Shown here: positions 10,128-19,461 of the stretch, one piece after another
How the letters are laid out: each line of letters begins with the position of its first letter
Position numbering within the stretch: the stretch's first letter is position 1
NCBI GenBank assembly: GCA_036339585.1
Contig: JAYZAS010000004.1
Span: forward strand, 254,773-318,772
Direction: 5' to 3'
Length of the DNA: 64,000 bases
Source of the DNA: Pseudomonadota bacterium
GTDB taxonomy: Bacteria > Pseudomonadota > Alphaproteobacteria > UBA8366
Made by a program: the position numbers and the translations under genes
Notes under the pieces: generated by a model
What the model was told of the DNA's origin: nothing
The model's input: the letters and a program-made list of their open reading frames with translations, nothing else
Database searches by the model: none

Positions 10128-10822
10128 GATTGGCCATATCTATATCCCACACCATAGAGTGTCTCTATCTGAGAGAAATCCGTATCAACCTCCCGAAATT
10201 TGCGTCTCAGGCGTTTTATATGACTGTCTATCGTTCTATCGTCGACATAGATACTTTCTCCATAAGCCGCATCCATCAGCTGATCACGAGTCTTTACATG
10301 CCCGGGTCGTCGTGAGAGAGATTGCAACAAAAGAAATTCTGTTACGGTGAGTTTAATCTCAATACCATTCCAGCAACACAGATGACGTTGAGGGTCAAGT
10401 TTAAGCTTCCCACGCTCGATGAGATCTTTTGGCGCACCATCCAAGGGTTCTTCCAACAATTCAGACCGGCGGAGAATGGTGCGAATTCTTTCAATAAGTA
10501 ATCGCTGGGAAAATGGCTTTTTGATGTAGTCGTCTGCACCCATACGTAACCCTAACACCTCGTCAATTTCGTCATCTTTGGAGGTTAAAAAAATAGCCGG
10601 AATTTTGGTGTTTTGTCTTAATCTTTGAAGTAATTCCATTCCATCCATTCTTGGCATTTTTATATCTAAAACAGCAAGGTCGGGGGTAATTTTGGTTAGC
10701 CCCTCTAGCGCTTCTTCTCCGTCATGAAAAATCACTACCTCATAGCCCTCTACCTCGAGAGCCATTGAGACCGAAGTTAGAATATTTTGGTCATCATCAA
10801 CCAAGGCAATTAATTTCTTCAT
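10124..10822 (-). CDS. chvI: OmpR-family response regulator, ChvI-like
   Basis: 232-aa ORF. The receiver domain (LVDDDQNIL...[14 protein letters not shown]) is followed by a winged-helix C-terminus ([11 protein letters not shown]). Confidence 0.85.
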   Translation of the reverse strand: MKKLIALVDDDQNILTSVSMALEVEGYEVVIFHDGEEALEGLTKITPDLAVLDIKMPRMDGMELLQRLRQNTKIPAIFLTSKDDEIDEVLGLRMGADDYIKKPFSQRLLIERIRTILRRSELLEEPLDGAPKDLIERGKLKLDPQRHLCCWNGIEIKLTVTEFLLLQSLSRRPGHVKTRDQLMDAAYGESIYVDDRTIDSHIKRLRRKFREVDTDFSQIETLYGVGYRYGQS

Positions 10823-11108
10823 TCACAGCTACCCCTTTTTATTTTTGCCCAAATCTCGGACAGCATAGGACACGATTTTTTCGGTCGACTTAGAATTGAA
10901 TACAGCTGCATCTCAAAGGTTTTCCTCACCATAGAATATCATAAATGACACTGATGTCTCTGTTGGGGCAGTAAAAAGGCAAAAAAATGGCATTTTCAAC
11001 GACCATAAAATCCTAAAAAAAGCACTGTCATGCGGCGATTTGCCTACTGTTATGGGTAAGTAAGCACTGTGACAATAACAGTCATTAACATATTTTCGAT
11101 CCATTTGG

Positions 11109-11747
11109 TTGTGCATGAAAAATTCTACATCCTTCGCAGTAATTGGGGTTTTGGTAGCCGCACTTTTTTCTATTGCTTTAGCAGCACTCGTGTATTGGCA
11201 TCAAATTGAAAACACGACTTCAGAGCCGGCCCCAAAAATAGGGTTCTTCCCCGTTATCGATATTGGTGGACCATTTACACTCACCGATCATAATGGCTCA
11301 AAAATCACAGAGAAAAGTTTTCCTGGAAAATTCTTATTGATCACCTTCGGCTATACTTTTTGCCCGGATATATGTCCAACGGGTCTCGCAAGAATGACAA
11401 CCGCACTTGACCGCCTCGGAAAAACCGCAGACCTAGTTCAACCGCTGTTTATCTCAGTAGATCCAAACCGCGATACCCCGGAGTCACTGGCAACCTACGT
11501 AGCCCATTTTCACCCAAAAATGCGCGGGCTCACAGGCAGCAAAGTTGAAATTGATAGTGTTACAAAAACATACCGCGTATTGAGCCATGTTGTGCATCAA
11601 GATGATTCTAGTGAATATTTACTCAATCATACGACGTTTTTCTACTTAGTAGCTCCCACCGGAAAAATTGCTCGCATTTTCCGCCACGCAACCAGCGCAG
11701 ACGCTCTTGCAAAGGCTATTTCTGCGGAGCTAGCCAAAAAAAGTTGA
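11109..11747 (+). CDS. SCO1/SenC family copper chaperone / thiol-disulfide protein
   Basis: 212-aa ORF with an N-terminal TM helix and the FGYTFCPDICPT (CxxxC) motif of the SCO family. Confidence 0.85.
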   Translation: MCMKNSTSFAVIGVLVAALFSIALAALVYWHQIENTTSEPAPKIGFFPVIDIGGPFTLTDHNGSKITEKSFPGKFLLITFGYTFCPDICPTGLARMTTALDRLGKTADLVQPLFISVDPNRDTPESLATYVAHFHPKMRGLTGSKVEIDSVTKTYRVLSHVVHQDDSSEYLLNHTTFFYLVAPTGKIARIFRHATSADALAKAISAELAKKS

Positions 11748-11934
11748 CGTTGACTAACAACATTTCAATTATTTAGGCTCAAATTTGCAACAATTCTCGC
11801 ATATAACAGCAAACAACATACCAAGAGACACGTTGATATGTGATTCTCTATTGATTTGAGAGCGGATATCACAGATATCTAGACACTTAAACATGGGGAA
11901 ACGTTGCTCACCAGAAAACTCGTTGTTTTAATCT

Positions 11935-13557
11935 ATGGTGGACAATAAGAGGAGCGCCAAAGTGGCTACAGAAAAATTTCAGAGCTTAGATGCTCATGGT
12001 ATCATCAACACAAACTCGGTTTCTTGGAACTTAGCTGCGGCGCCTCTCTATGAAGCCACCATTCGTTGCGATCATGGCAAGCTATCTATTGGTGGAGCTC
12101 TAGTTGTTGATACTGGTAAACACACTGGCAGATCCCCAAAAGACAAATTCCTAGTTGAGGAGCAGACAAGCAAAGATAATATTTGGTGGGGCCCCGTAAA
12201 CCAGAGTACGGATGAGGCCAGTTTCAAAAATCTACACCGTCGTATACTCTCCTATTACCAAGGGCGCGATCTTTATGTACAAGATCTTTATGCCGGGGCT
12301 GAGAAAACCAATCAGCTTTGTGTTCGTGTTATCACGGACATTCCATGGCACAGCCTATTTGCGCGAAATATGTTCATCCGCCCAACTTCTGAAGAGTTAA
12401 AAGGCTTCGAGCCAGACTTAATAATTTTACATGCACCATACCTTCATGCTTCACCCAATGTGGATAATACCAATTCTGAAACTGCCATTATGATGAATTT
12501 TTCAGAGAAGATAGTGCTTATCTCTGGATCCGTATATGCAGGTGAGATAAAAAAATCAGTTTTTTCGTATCTTAATTACACCCTTCCGGCAAATGGTGTT
12601 TTACCCATGCACTGTTCAGCAAATATAGGAGCAGCAGGTGATGTAGCTATCTTCTTTGGCCTTTCAGGTACAGGTAAAACCACTCTGTCTGCCGATGGAT
12701 CTCGCACTTTAATTGGTGATGATGAGCATGGTTGGTCTGACAACGGGGTGTTTAATTTTGAAGGTGGCTGCTACGCAAAAGTTATCAATCTTTCCAAAGA
12801 AGCGGAGCCAGAAATCTTTGCAGCTTCACATCGATTTGGAACAGTTCTCGAAAATGTCGTAATGGATCCGGACACCCGGTACCTTGATTTGTTTGACGAC
12901 AGCAAAACTGAAAATACCCGATCTTGCTATCCAATCGATTTTATCCCAAACACAGAACCAACAGGAATTGGGGGACAACCGAAAAATATTGTGATGCTCA
13001 CAGCAGATGCATTTGGTGTTCTTCCACCGATAAGCAGCCTTTCTGCTGATCAAGCTATGTACCATTTTTTATCAGGTTATACAGCGCGCCTAGCCGGCAC
13101 CGAAAAAGGAGTAACAGAGCCAGAGGCAACTTTTTCCACTTGCTTTGGGGCCCCCTTCATGCCACGTCATCCATCAGTTTATGCAGAAATGCTAGGTGAG
13201 AGGATAGAGAAGTCTGGCGCAAAATGTTGGTTAGTCAATACTGGTTGGTCAGGCGGAGCATATGGCACAGGTGAACGAATGAAGATTTCCTACACTCGGG
13301 CCATGGTTAGGGCAGCTCTGGATGGTAAACTGACCGATGTCACTTTTAATCCGGATCCTCATTTTGGGGTTTCGGTGCCCAACAGCTGCCCTGGTGTGCC
13401 AGGAGAGGTCTTAGACCCGCGCAGCACATGGCAAGACAAATCGGCTTACGAAAATACCGCTAAAAACCTGCGTGCCAGATTCGAAGATAACTTTAAACAA
13501 TTTGAGGATCACGTTAGTGAAGAGGTGAAAAAAGCAGGTATTTTTGCTTCCTCGTAA
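11935..13557 (+). CDS. pckA: Phosphoenolpyruvate carboxykinase (ATP)
   Basis: 540-aa ORF with the kinase-1a motif FFGLSGTGKTTLS, IGDDEHGW and NTGWSGG, all diagnostic for ATP-dependent PckA. Confidence 0.97.
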   Translation: MVDNKRSAKVATEKFQSLDAHGIINTNSVSWNLAAAPLYEATIRCDHGKLSIGGALVVDTGKHTGRSPKDKFLVEEQTSKDNIWWGPVNQSTDEASFKNLHRRILSYYQGRDLYVQDLYAGAEKTNQLCVRVITDIPWHSLFARNMFIRPTSEELKGFEPDLIILHAPYLHASPNVDNTNSETAIMMNFSEKIVLISGSVYAGEIKKSVFSYLNYTLPANGVLPMHCSANIGAAGDVAIFFGLSGTGKTTLSADGSRTLIGDDEHGWSDNGVFNFEGGCYAKVINLSKEAEPEIFAASHRFGTVLENVVMDPDTRYLDLFDDSKTENTRSCYPIDFIPNTEPTGIGGQPKNIVMLTADAFGVLPPISSLSADQAMYHFLSGYTARLAGTEKGVTEPEATFSTCFGAPFMPRHPSVYAEMLGERIEKSGAKCWLVNTGWSGGAYGTGERMKISYTRAMVRAALDGKLTDVTFNPDPHFGVSVPNSCPGVPGEVLDPRSTWQDKSAYENTAKNLRARFEDNFKQFEDHVSEEVKKAGIFASS

Positions 13558-13596
13558 AAACAGAGAGATTCCGGAGTTCAAATTTTCATTTTTTGT

Positions 13597-14265
13597 TTAT
13601 TCTATTTTTAGCTTAAAAATCAGAACGGGTGGTGTCTTCGTGAGACTCTTTATGTTCCAAACATAAACCACAGACTTTTTTATTTGGTAAAAAGAATCTG
13701 CATTGTGCTTTAAAACCATCGCGTTAGTTTGAATACGAAAGCGACCATTAGCTTTTAAGCTTACTCTTTCCAAGGCCTTGATAAGTTCGTTGTTAGGCTT
13801 GTCGCCAATGATCTTCACTAACCATCTTTTTCTGTTTTCCGATTTATCTGGCACTCGGCTTATGGAAATTAAGCGAGAATTAAAGCGAACAAAGTTGAAA
13901 GAACGCTCTTTGTTCAAATTTCCATCGCGTTTGTAGGCCACGCGAAAGGTTGAGTCTTTTATGTGCTGAATATGCCGGACCCTTTTTTCTAAAGAAGAGC
14001 CTGGGCCGAAACCCTTGTCACGCGCAAGGTCGCGTTGGATGGTCGAAATTTTCTTCGCAACTCCAACATCATTAAGCTTGCCTAAATTAATTTCTTTTAA
14101 AAGGCCTAAGTGAGTGAGATTCCCATTATACCGGAAAATATAATTCCCACTTCTATCTATTTGCAGTTGGGCGTCAAAATCAGATGGAAAATAACAGCCA
14201 CAAAGAAGCGAAAGTACCGCTGCTGCAGAAAGTCTTAATAAGCAGGTCAAGCGATTTCTAACCAA
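13597..14265 (-). CDS. Hypothetical lipoprotein
   Basis: 222-aa ORF. The signal peptide has the lipobox AVLSLLCGC. I recognise no family. Lys/Asn-rich, and the DNA looks A/T-rich by eye. The start overlaps the upstream gene by 19 nt. Confidence 0.55.
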   Translation of the reverse strand: MVRNRLTCLLRLSAAAVLSLLCGCYFPSDFDAQLQIDRSGNYIFRYNGNLTHLGLLKEINLGKLNDVGVAKKISTIQRDLARDKGFGPGSSLEKRVRHIQHIKDSTFRVAYKRDGNLNKERSFNFVRFNSRLISISRVPDKSENRKRWLVKIIGDKPNNELIKALERVSLKANGRFRIQTNAMVLKHNADSFYQIKKSVVYVWNIKSLTKTPPVLIFKLKIE

Positions 14266-14531
14266 TGCTCATAGAGATCCAACACCATAGTATCCTTAGC
14301 AGGGCCAGAATAATCTGACCAAATCTTAGTTTGTTGGAATCGAACTCTATAAAGCGGTAATTTGGACCCGTTATCGGTGCCGTAGGCGAGCTCCTCCGGG
14401 TTTGAAAAAACACCCTCGAAGCTCTCAACAATTCCTGTTTTGCCACGTACATAAGCGGGTGTACGAACATGTCCATCTGGATCGATCGCTAACACTTTTA
14501 CATTTTCGCCAATACGGTATTTAACTTTCAT
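14247..14531 (-). CDS. Stand-alone SH3-like domain protein related to the nitrile hydratase beta subunit C-terminal domain
   Basis: 94-aa ORF. GENVKVLAI...HVRTPAYVRGKTGIVESFEGVFSNPEELAYG...LYRVRFQQTKIW...VLDLYEHWLE follows the NHase-beta C-terminal pattern (HTR.P.Y.RG..G.I......PE..A.G....LY.V.F....W....V.VDL.E.YL). No alpha subunit is nearby. Confidence 0.7.
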   Translation of the reverse strand: MKVKYRIGENVKVLAIDPDGHVRTPAYVRGKTGIVESFEGVFSNPEELAYGTDNGSKLPLYRVRFQQTKIWSDYSGPAKDTMVLDLYEHWLEIA

Positions 14532-14601
14532 TGTATTTCACTGATCCATCTTGAATATGACCACAGTATCGCTCGGCCATCGCGTCCGGTGCAAAAACAG
14601 A

Positions 14602-15225
14602 TCATTGCAGGGGAATGAGGCAATGGTGATAAGCTGGACGTTTTTTTAACCTTTCAAACCATGATAAAAGATTGTGCATACTACTTGCCTCTTCTGGCCG
14701 CAACTCGATCCAACGTCTGGCGTGCACGCCCAACGGCACATCTCCTAAAGTGAATTGTGAGCCACTAACAAATTCCCTGTCAACCAAGTGTGTATCAAGT
14801 ATTTTCCAGAGAGGCGTCGCCTTTTCGATCCCAAGCTCAACCTCTTGCATGTTGCGCGTCTCCTCACTTTCTCTTACGAGGTTCCGGAAAATCAAAAACA
14901 TTGGTGGGTTAACGGTCGTGCTGAGCCACTCCATCCAACGATCAGCTTCTGCTCGCGCTCGCGGATCATCTGGCCAAAGGGTTGTCTCGTGTCCATACTT
15001 GCAGGCTAGGTAACGGATTATAACATTTGACTCCCAAAGCACGAATCCATCGTCTATGACTGTTGGCACTAAACCATTCGGGTTCATGTCAAGGTAATCT
15101 GGCTGGTCATTTTTCCCAAATTTTCCACCTACGTCCTCACGACTGTATTCAATCCCAAGCTCATCACAAACCCAGAGAACCTTCATTACATTTGAGGAAG
15201 TGTTCCGTCCAAGAATTCTTAACAT
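14602..15225 (-). CDS. Glutathione S-transferase
   Basis: The track ORF extends to 15330, but its Cys-rich N-terminal 35 aa look spurious. The ATG at 15225 is preceded by an AAGGA RBS and gives MLRILGRNTSSNVMKVLW...PNGLVPTVIDDGFVLWESNVIIRYL, a canonical GST N-domain. Confidence 0.85.
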   Translation of the reverse strand: MLRILGRNTSSNVMKVLWVCDELGIEYSREDVGGKFGKNDQPDYLDMNPNGLVPTVIDDGFVLWESNVIIRYLACKYGHETTLWPDDPRARAEADRWMEWLSTTVNPPMFLIFRNLVRESEETRNMQEVELGIEKATPLWKILDTHLVDREFVSGSQFTLGDVPLGVHARRWIELRPEEASSMHNLLSWFERLKKRPAYHHCLIPLQ

Positions 15226-15334
15226 AAAGTAATTCCTTCTTTGATTATCACAATCACAGCCTTTTTTATCTCGATTGTCAGAAGAGCATCCACCAGCAGA
15301 AACAAATCCATAACAACAAGCAAGACACAATGCC

Positions 15335-15368
15335 CATGCTACTAACGTTAGGGAAGGTTAGTAGCATG
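15335..15368 (-). terminator. Strong hairpin downstream of polA (candidate terminator)
   Basis: CATGCTACTAAC (15335-15346) and GTTAGTAGCATG (15357-15368) are perfect reverse complements, giving a 12-bp stem with a 10-nt loop. It lies 43 nt after the polA stop. On the minus strand it is followed by the T-rich TTGTGTCTTGCTTGTTGTT, but not by a clean U-tract. Confidence 0.45.
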
Positions 15369-15411
15369 CAGTGACAAATGTAAATTTATATTTTCACTTT
15401 GTAAGCTGTTA

Positions 15412-18168
15412 TCAGTGAGCTTCATCCCAGTTATTACCAATGCCGGCCTCAACTTCCAGAGGCACGCACATTTTTACTGTTGGCCCCGCAGCTCTCTCCA
15501 TCACTTCAGTAATAATCTTAGCCACTTCATCCACTTCATTATTTGGTACTTCGAATAAGAGCTCGTCGTGAACCTGAAGTAGCATTGCTGCTTCTGACCC
15601 ATGCCTCTGAAGCGCCTGCGGCACCCGAATCATAGCGCGTTTAATAATGTCAGCCGCTGTTCCTTGAATTGGGGCATTTATAGCCTGGCGCTCTGCATAA
15701 TTACGACGCATGTGATCCTTATCATTGATGCCCGGCAGATGGATGCGCCGACCGAAAAGCGTTGTAACCATTCCAGTCTTGCGACATTCGCTCTTCAAGC
15801 GCTCCATATAAGCCTTGATGCCAGGGTATTGTTCAAAATAAGCATTGATGTAAGACCTAGCATCTGTCTGATCAATGCCCAGCTGCCGCGCTAGTCCAAA
15901 AGCGCTAATGCCATATATAATTCCAAAATTAATAGCTTTTGCTTGGCGCCGCATTTGTGGATCCATATCATTCAATGGTATACCGAAAACTTGCGATGCA
16001 GTCGTAGCATGAATGTCGGCTCCTCCTTTAAAGGCCTGAGCTAAGGAGTCGATACCCGCCATATGAGCAAGAACCCGAAGCTCAATTTGTGAATAATCAA
16101 ATGACATGAGCTTATGTCCAGGTTTCGCAACGAATGCTTGTCGGATTTTTCTCCCTTCATCAGTCCTTATTGGAATATTCTGTAAGTTTGGATTAGTGGA
16201 AGAAAGACGCCCAGTTTGGGCTCCCGCCATCGCATATGATGTGTGGACGCGCCCTGTTTCCGGATTTATCTCTTTCACTAATGAGTCTGTATAAGTACTC
16301 TTGAGTTTTGCTAGCTGGCGCCACTCAAGCACCTGCGTAGGCAAATCATGACCCTCTAAGGCAAGGTCCTCTAGAATTTTTGCACTGGTTTGATAGGCGC
16401 CGGTCTTAGTCTTTTTTGCGCCAGGCAAACCCAGCTTTTCGAATAAAATCTGCCCAAGCTGTTTGGGAGAATTAATATTGAAGTCTTCACCGGCAAGGGC
16501 TCTAATTTCATCTTCAAGGGCAGAGAGCCGCTTAGCCAGATCGCAACTCAATTTCGTCAATAGGTCTTGATCAACACGTATTCCGTTTTTTTCCATTTGA
16601 ACAAGTATGGGAATTAATGGCCTTTCAATAGTTTCGTAAACGGTAACCATTTTTTCATCTAACAATCGCGGCTTTAAAATACGATGCAACCGAAGGGTCA
16701 AATCAGCATCCTCAGCTGCATAGTTACAAGCTTGTTCAAGGGGCACATAGTCGAAAGTGATTTGTTTCTGCCCCGATCCAACCACGCTTTTATATTTTAT
16801 GGTTTTGACATTTAAATGATGGTCCGCGAGATCGTCCAAACCATGCTTCCCTGAACCGCCTTCAAGAACGAAAGAACACACCATTGTATCATCGACAGGC
16901 CCAACAACTACTCCATATCTGAGCAAAATGAGAGAGTCATATTTTATGTTTTGACCAATTTTTATTAGTGATTCATCTTCTAGCACGGGCCTAAGCATAT
17001 CAAGCACAAGAGACTGAGGGAGCTGTTTTAAATCTTGATCTTGTTTTGAATTGTTATGTTCAATCACACTGGGACTACTTGGCTTTTGTATTCTCTTGTG
17101 TGCAACTGGAATATAACAAGCCTTGCCCGGGTTTACCGACAATGAAATCCCCACTAATTCAGCTTTCATTGGGTTCAAAGAGGTAGTTTCAGTATCAATT
17201 GAGACCAACCCTTCCCGATAAATTTTCTTTATCCAATCTTGGAGGGTATTTTTGTCCTGGACAACCTTATAATCCACATGCTCATAAGTCTCATTCTGCT
17301 CCTGTTGATTGTTTTGAGATCCTGTATTCAATCGAGAAATAATTGATTTGAATCCCTGCTCGCTAAGGAATTGTATGGTTTTATCGCTATCAATTTGTTT
17401 CCGAGCGAATTCTGATAACGAACTTGGCACCGGAACATCCTGCTTCAGCTGCACCAGTTTATGAGAGATGCGCGCTTGCTCCGAAAATTCAATAAGGTTT
17501 TCCCGTCGCTTTTTCTGTTTTACTTCGTGGGCATGCTCTAAGAGAGTCTCAAGGTCACCATACTCGTTAATTAACAAAGCCGCTGTTTTTATGCCTATGC
17601 CAGGGACCCCGGGTACATTGTCGACTGAGTCCCCCGCTAAGGCCTGCACCTCAACAACTTTTTCAGGTACTACACCAAATCGCTCAATCACCTCTTCTGA
17701 TCTAATCAGGCGGTTTTTCATAGAGTCAAACATCGATACCCTACCACCAACTAGCTGCATTAAATCCTTATCTGAAGACACGATTGTCACACTTGCTCCT
17801 GCCTCAGCTCCCATTTTCGCATAAGTGGCAATTATATCATCAGCCTCATAACCCGGCATTTCGACGGCTGGAAGCCCGAAAGCCTTGGTAGCTTCTTTCA
17901 CCAAGTCAAATTGGGGGATCAAGTCATCCGGTGGTGGCGGCCGATGTGCTTTGTAATCGGGAAAGATATCATTACGAAAAGTTTTCCGCGCAGCATCAAA
18001 GATAACCGCTATATGGTCTGCATCACTTTCTTCGACTAACTTCAGTAACATCTGTGTAAACCCGTATACGGCGTTGACTGGTATGCCATCAGGACGCGTC
18101 AAAGGCCTGACCGCATGGTAGGCGCGGAAAATAAATCCAGAGCCATCTACTAAATACAAATGTTCCAT
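15412..18168 (-). CDS. polA: DNA polymerase I
   Basis: 918-aa ORF. The 5-prime nuclease N-terminus is LYLVDGSGFIFRAYHA. The 3'-5' exo region contains VSIDTETTSL. The polymerase motifs are DYSQIELRVLAH, RRQAKAINFGIIYG and QVHDELLFE. Confidence 0.98.
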   Translation of the reverse strand: MEHLYLVDGSGFIFRAYHAVRPLTRPDGIPVNAVYGFTQMLLKLVEESDADHIAVIFDAARKTFRNDIFPDYKAHRPPPPDDLIPQFDLVKEATKAFGLPAVEMPGYEADDIIATYAKMGAEAGASVTIVSSDKDLMQLVGGRVSMFDSMKNRLIRSEEVIERFGVVPEKVVEVQALAGDSVDNVPGVPGIGIKTAALLINEYGDLETLLEHAHEVKQKKRRENLIEFSEQARISHKLVQLKQDVPVPSSLSEFARKQIDSDKTIQFLSEQGFKSIISRLNTGSQNNQQEQNETYEHVDYKVVQDKNTLQDWIKKIYREGLVSIDTETTSLNPMKAELVGISLSVNPGKACYIPVAHKRIQKPSSPSVIEHNNSKQDQDLKQLPQSLVLDMLRPVLEDESLIKIGQNIKYDSLILLRYGVVVGPVDDTMVCSFVLEGGSGKHGLDDLADHHLNVKTIKYKSVVGSGQKQITFDYVPLEQACNYAAEDADLTLRLHRILKPRLLDEKMVTVYETIERPLIPILVQMEKNGIRVDQDLLTKLSCDLAKRLSALEDEIRALAGEDFNINSPKQLGQILFEKLGLPGAKKTKTGAYQTSAKILEDLALEGHDLPTQVLEWRQLAKLKSTYTDSLVKEINPETGRVHTSYAMAGAQTGRLSSTNPNLQNIPIRTDEGRKIRQAFVAKPGHKLMSFDYSQIELRVLAHMAGIDSLAQAFKGGADIHATTASQVFGIPLNDMDPQMRRQAKAINFGIIYGISAFGLARQLGIDQTDARSYINAYFEQYPGIKAYMERLKSECRKTGMVTTLFGRRIHLPGINDKDHMRRNYAERQAINAPIQGTAADIIKRAMIRVPQALQRHGSEAAMLLQVHDELLFEVPNNEVDEVAKIITEVMERAAGPTVKMCVPLEVEAGIGNNWDEAH

Positions 18169-18198
18169 TATTGCCCCACCATTTTTATAAATTCCTTC

Positions 18199-18375
18199 TT
18201 ACCCACCTACCGACGTATCTAGCTTCAACAACTTAAATTGCCTGCCGCAATAAGGGCACTCAATTTCCGTATTATCACCCATATTTAGGAAAATACGCGG
18301 GTGTCCAGAGGCTCCACTTCCACCATCACAGCTCACCTCCCTTGTCTCTACGTTAGTCACTTCAATTGGTTTCAT
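18199..18375 (-). CDS. Zinc-finger domain protein (zf-CHCC type, 58 aa)
   Basis: Below the track cut-off. My translation is MKPIEVTNVETREVSCDGGSGASGHPRIFLNMGDNTEIECPYCGRQFKLLKLDTSVGG. The C-x-DGG...GHP...CPYCG pattern matches the small conserved alphaproteobacterial zf-CHCC proteins. ATG at 18375, TAA at 18201-18199. Confidence 0.75.
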   Translation of the reverse strand: MKPIEVTNVETREVSCDGGSGASGHPRIFLNMGDNTEIECPYCGRQFKLLKLDTSVGG

Positions 18376-18444
18376 TTACGGTACTATCCTTCCATAGTTA
18401 ATCTGTATCCATGGTTGACCACTGGTGAGCTTGGATGATAGCGA

Positions 18445-19461
18445 ATGCCTCGCGACAATCAATCGCCTAGGAGGCACAAATTGACTGATTCTTATTGCAA
18501 GCCCCCCAAGCTAGCTGTTGAGATTCACGGATTAACAAAAAGCTACGCTAGTTCAAAAAAGAGGCCCGCAATAACCGCGCTAGAAGAAATAAATCTATGC
18601 GTTCCCACGGGGTCTCTATTTGCTTTATTAGGCCCTAACGGCGCTGGAAAATCCACTTTAATAAACACTCTTGGTGGACTTATAACTAAGAGCGCCGGCA
18701 GCGTTAAAATTTGGGGCATTGATATAGATAAATACCCACGGAATGCACGCTCAGCCATCGGAATTGTTCCTCAAGAACTTAATATGGATGCCTTTTTCAC
18801 TCCCCGTGAATACCTCAATATGCAAGCGGGACTTTATGGAGTACCACCCGCAGATACCAAAACGGATGAGATCCTTGACCGTGTGGGGCTCTCTTCTGTA
18901 GCCGACTCATATGCCCGAACCCTCTCTGGCGGAATGCGTCGCCGACTTCTAATTGCAAAAGCTATGGTTCACGATCCGCCGGTTCTAGTTTTGGATGAAC
19001 CAACAGCCGGTGTTGACATAGAACTACGCGAACAGCTTTGGGAAAACATCCGCATACTCAATCGAGGTGGGGTAACAGTACTAATCACCACCCACTATCT
19101 TGAGGAGGCAGAAAAACTTTGTGATCGTATTGCTATTATCCACAGGGGAGAATTGATCGCTTCAGAGAGAAAAGAAACCCTTTTGTCTCGAATTGATGAA
19201 AAAACTTTGATTATAACCACTGACAGTCCGCTCGTTGAAGTACCCTCCAATCTTTTGCGGTTTTCTCCTTCACTCACTCAAAACGGGGCGGTCATGATCA
19301 ATTATAAAAAAGGTATAATTCAGGTTGGCCAAATTCTGGAGGAATTTAGGAAAGCTCGGCTAACCATCGCTGATATTAAAAGTAAGGAAACCAATCTCGG
19401 GGACATTTTCCTACAGTTAACTCAAACTTCGCCCAATAGAGAAAAAGACCCAGCAGAATGA
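18445..19461 (+). CDS. ABC transporter ATP-binding protein (ABC-2 exporter type)
   Basis: 338-aa ORF with Walker A GPNGAGKST, signature LSGGMRRRL and Walker B VLVLDEPTAGVD, plus a C-terminal extension. The start may be internal. Confidence 0.85.
   Translation: MPRDNQSPRRHKLTDSYCKPPKLAVEIHGLTKSYASSKKRPAITALEEINLCVPTGSLFALLGPNGAGKSTLINTLGGLITKSAGSVKIWGIDIDKYPRNARSAIGIVPQELNMDAFFTPREYLNMQAGLYGVPPADTKTDEILDRVGLSSVADSYARTLSGGMRRRLLIAKAMVHDPPVLVLDEPTAGVDIELREQLWENIRILNRGGVTVLITTHYLEEAEKLCDRIAIIHRGELIASERKETLLSRIDEKTLIITTDSPLVEVPSNLLRFSPSLTQNGAVMINYKKGIIQVGQILEEFRKARLTIADIKSKETNLGDIFLQLTQTSPNREKDPAE

Noticed and set aside
11109-11747. The SCO1/SenC gene lies next to chvI rather than next to regB-regA (22881-24754), whereas senC is linked to regBA in Rhodobacter.
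   Set aside because: Gene order for senC varies widely among Alphaproteobacteria. This is a synteny curiosity, not evidence of anything unusual.
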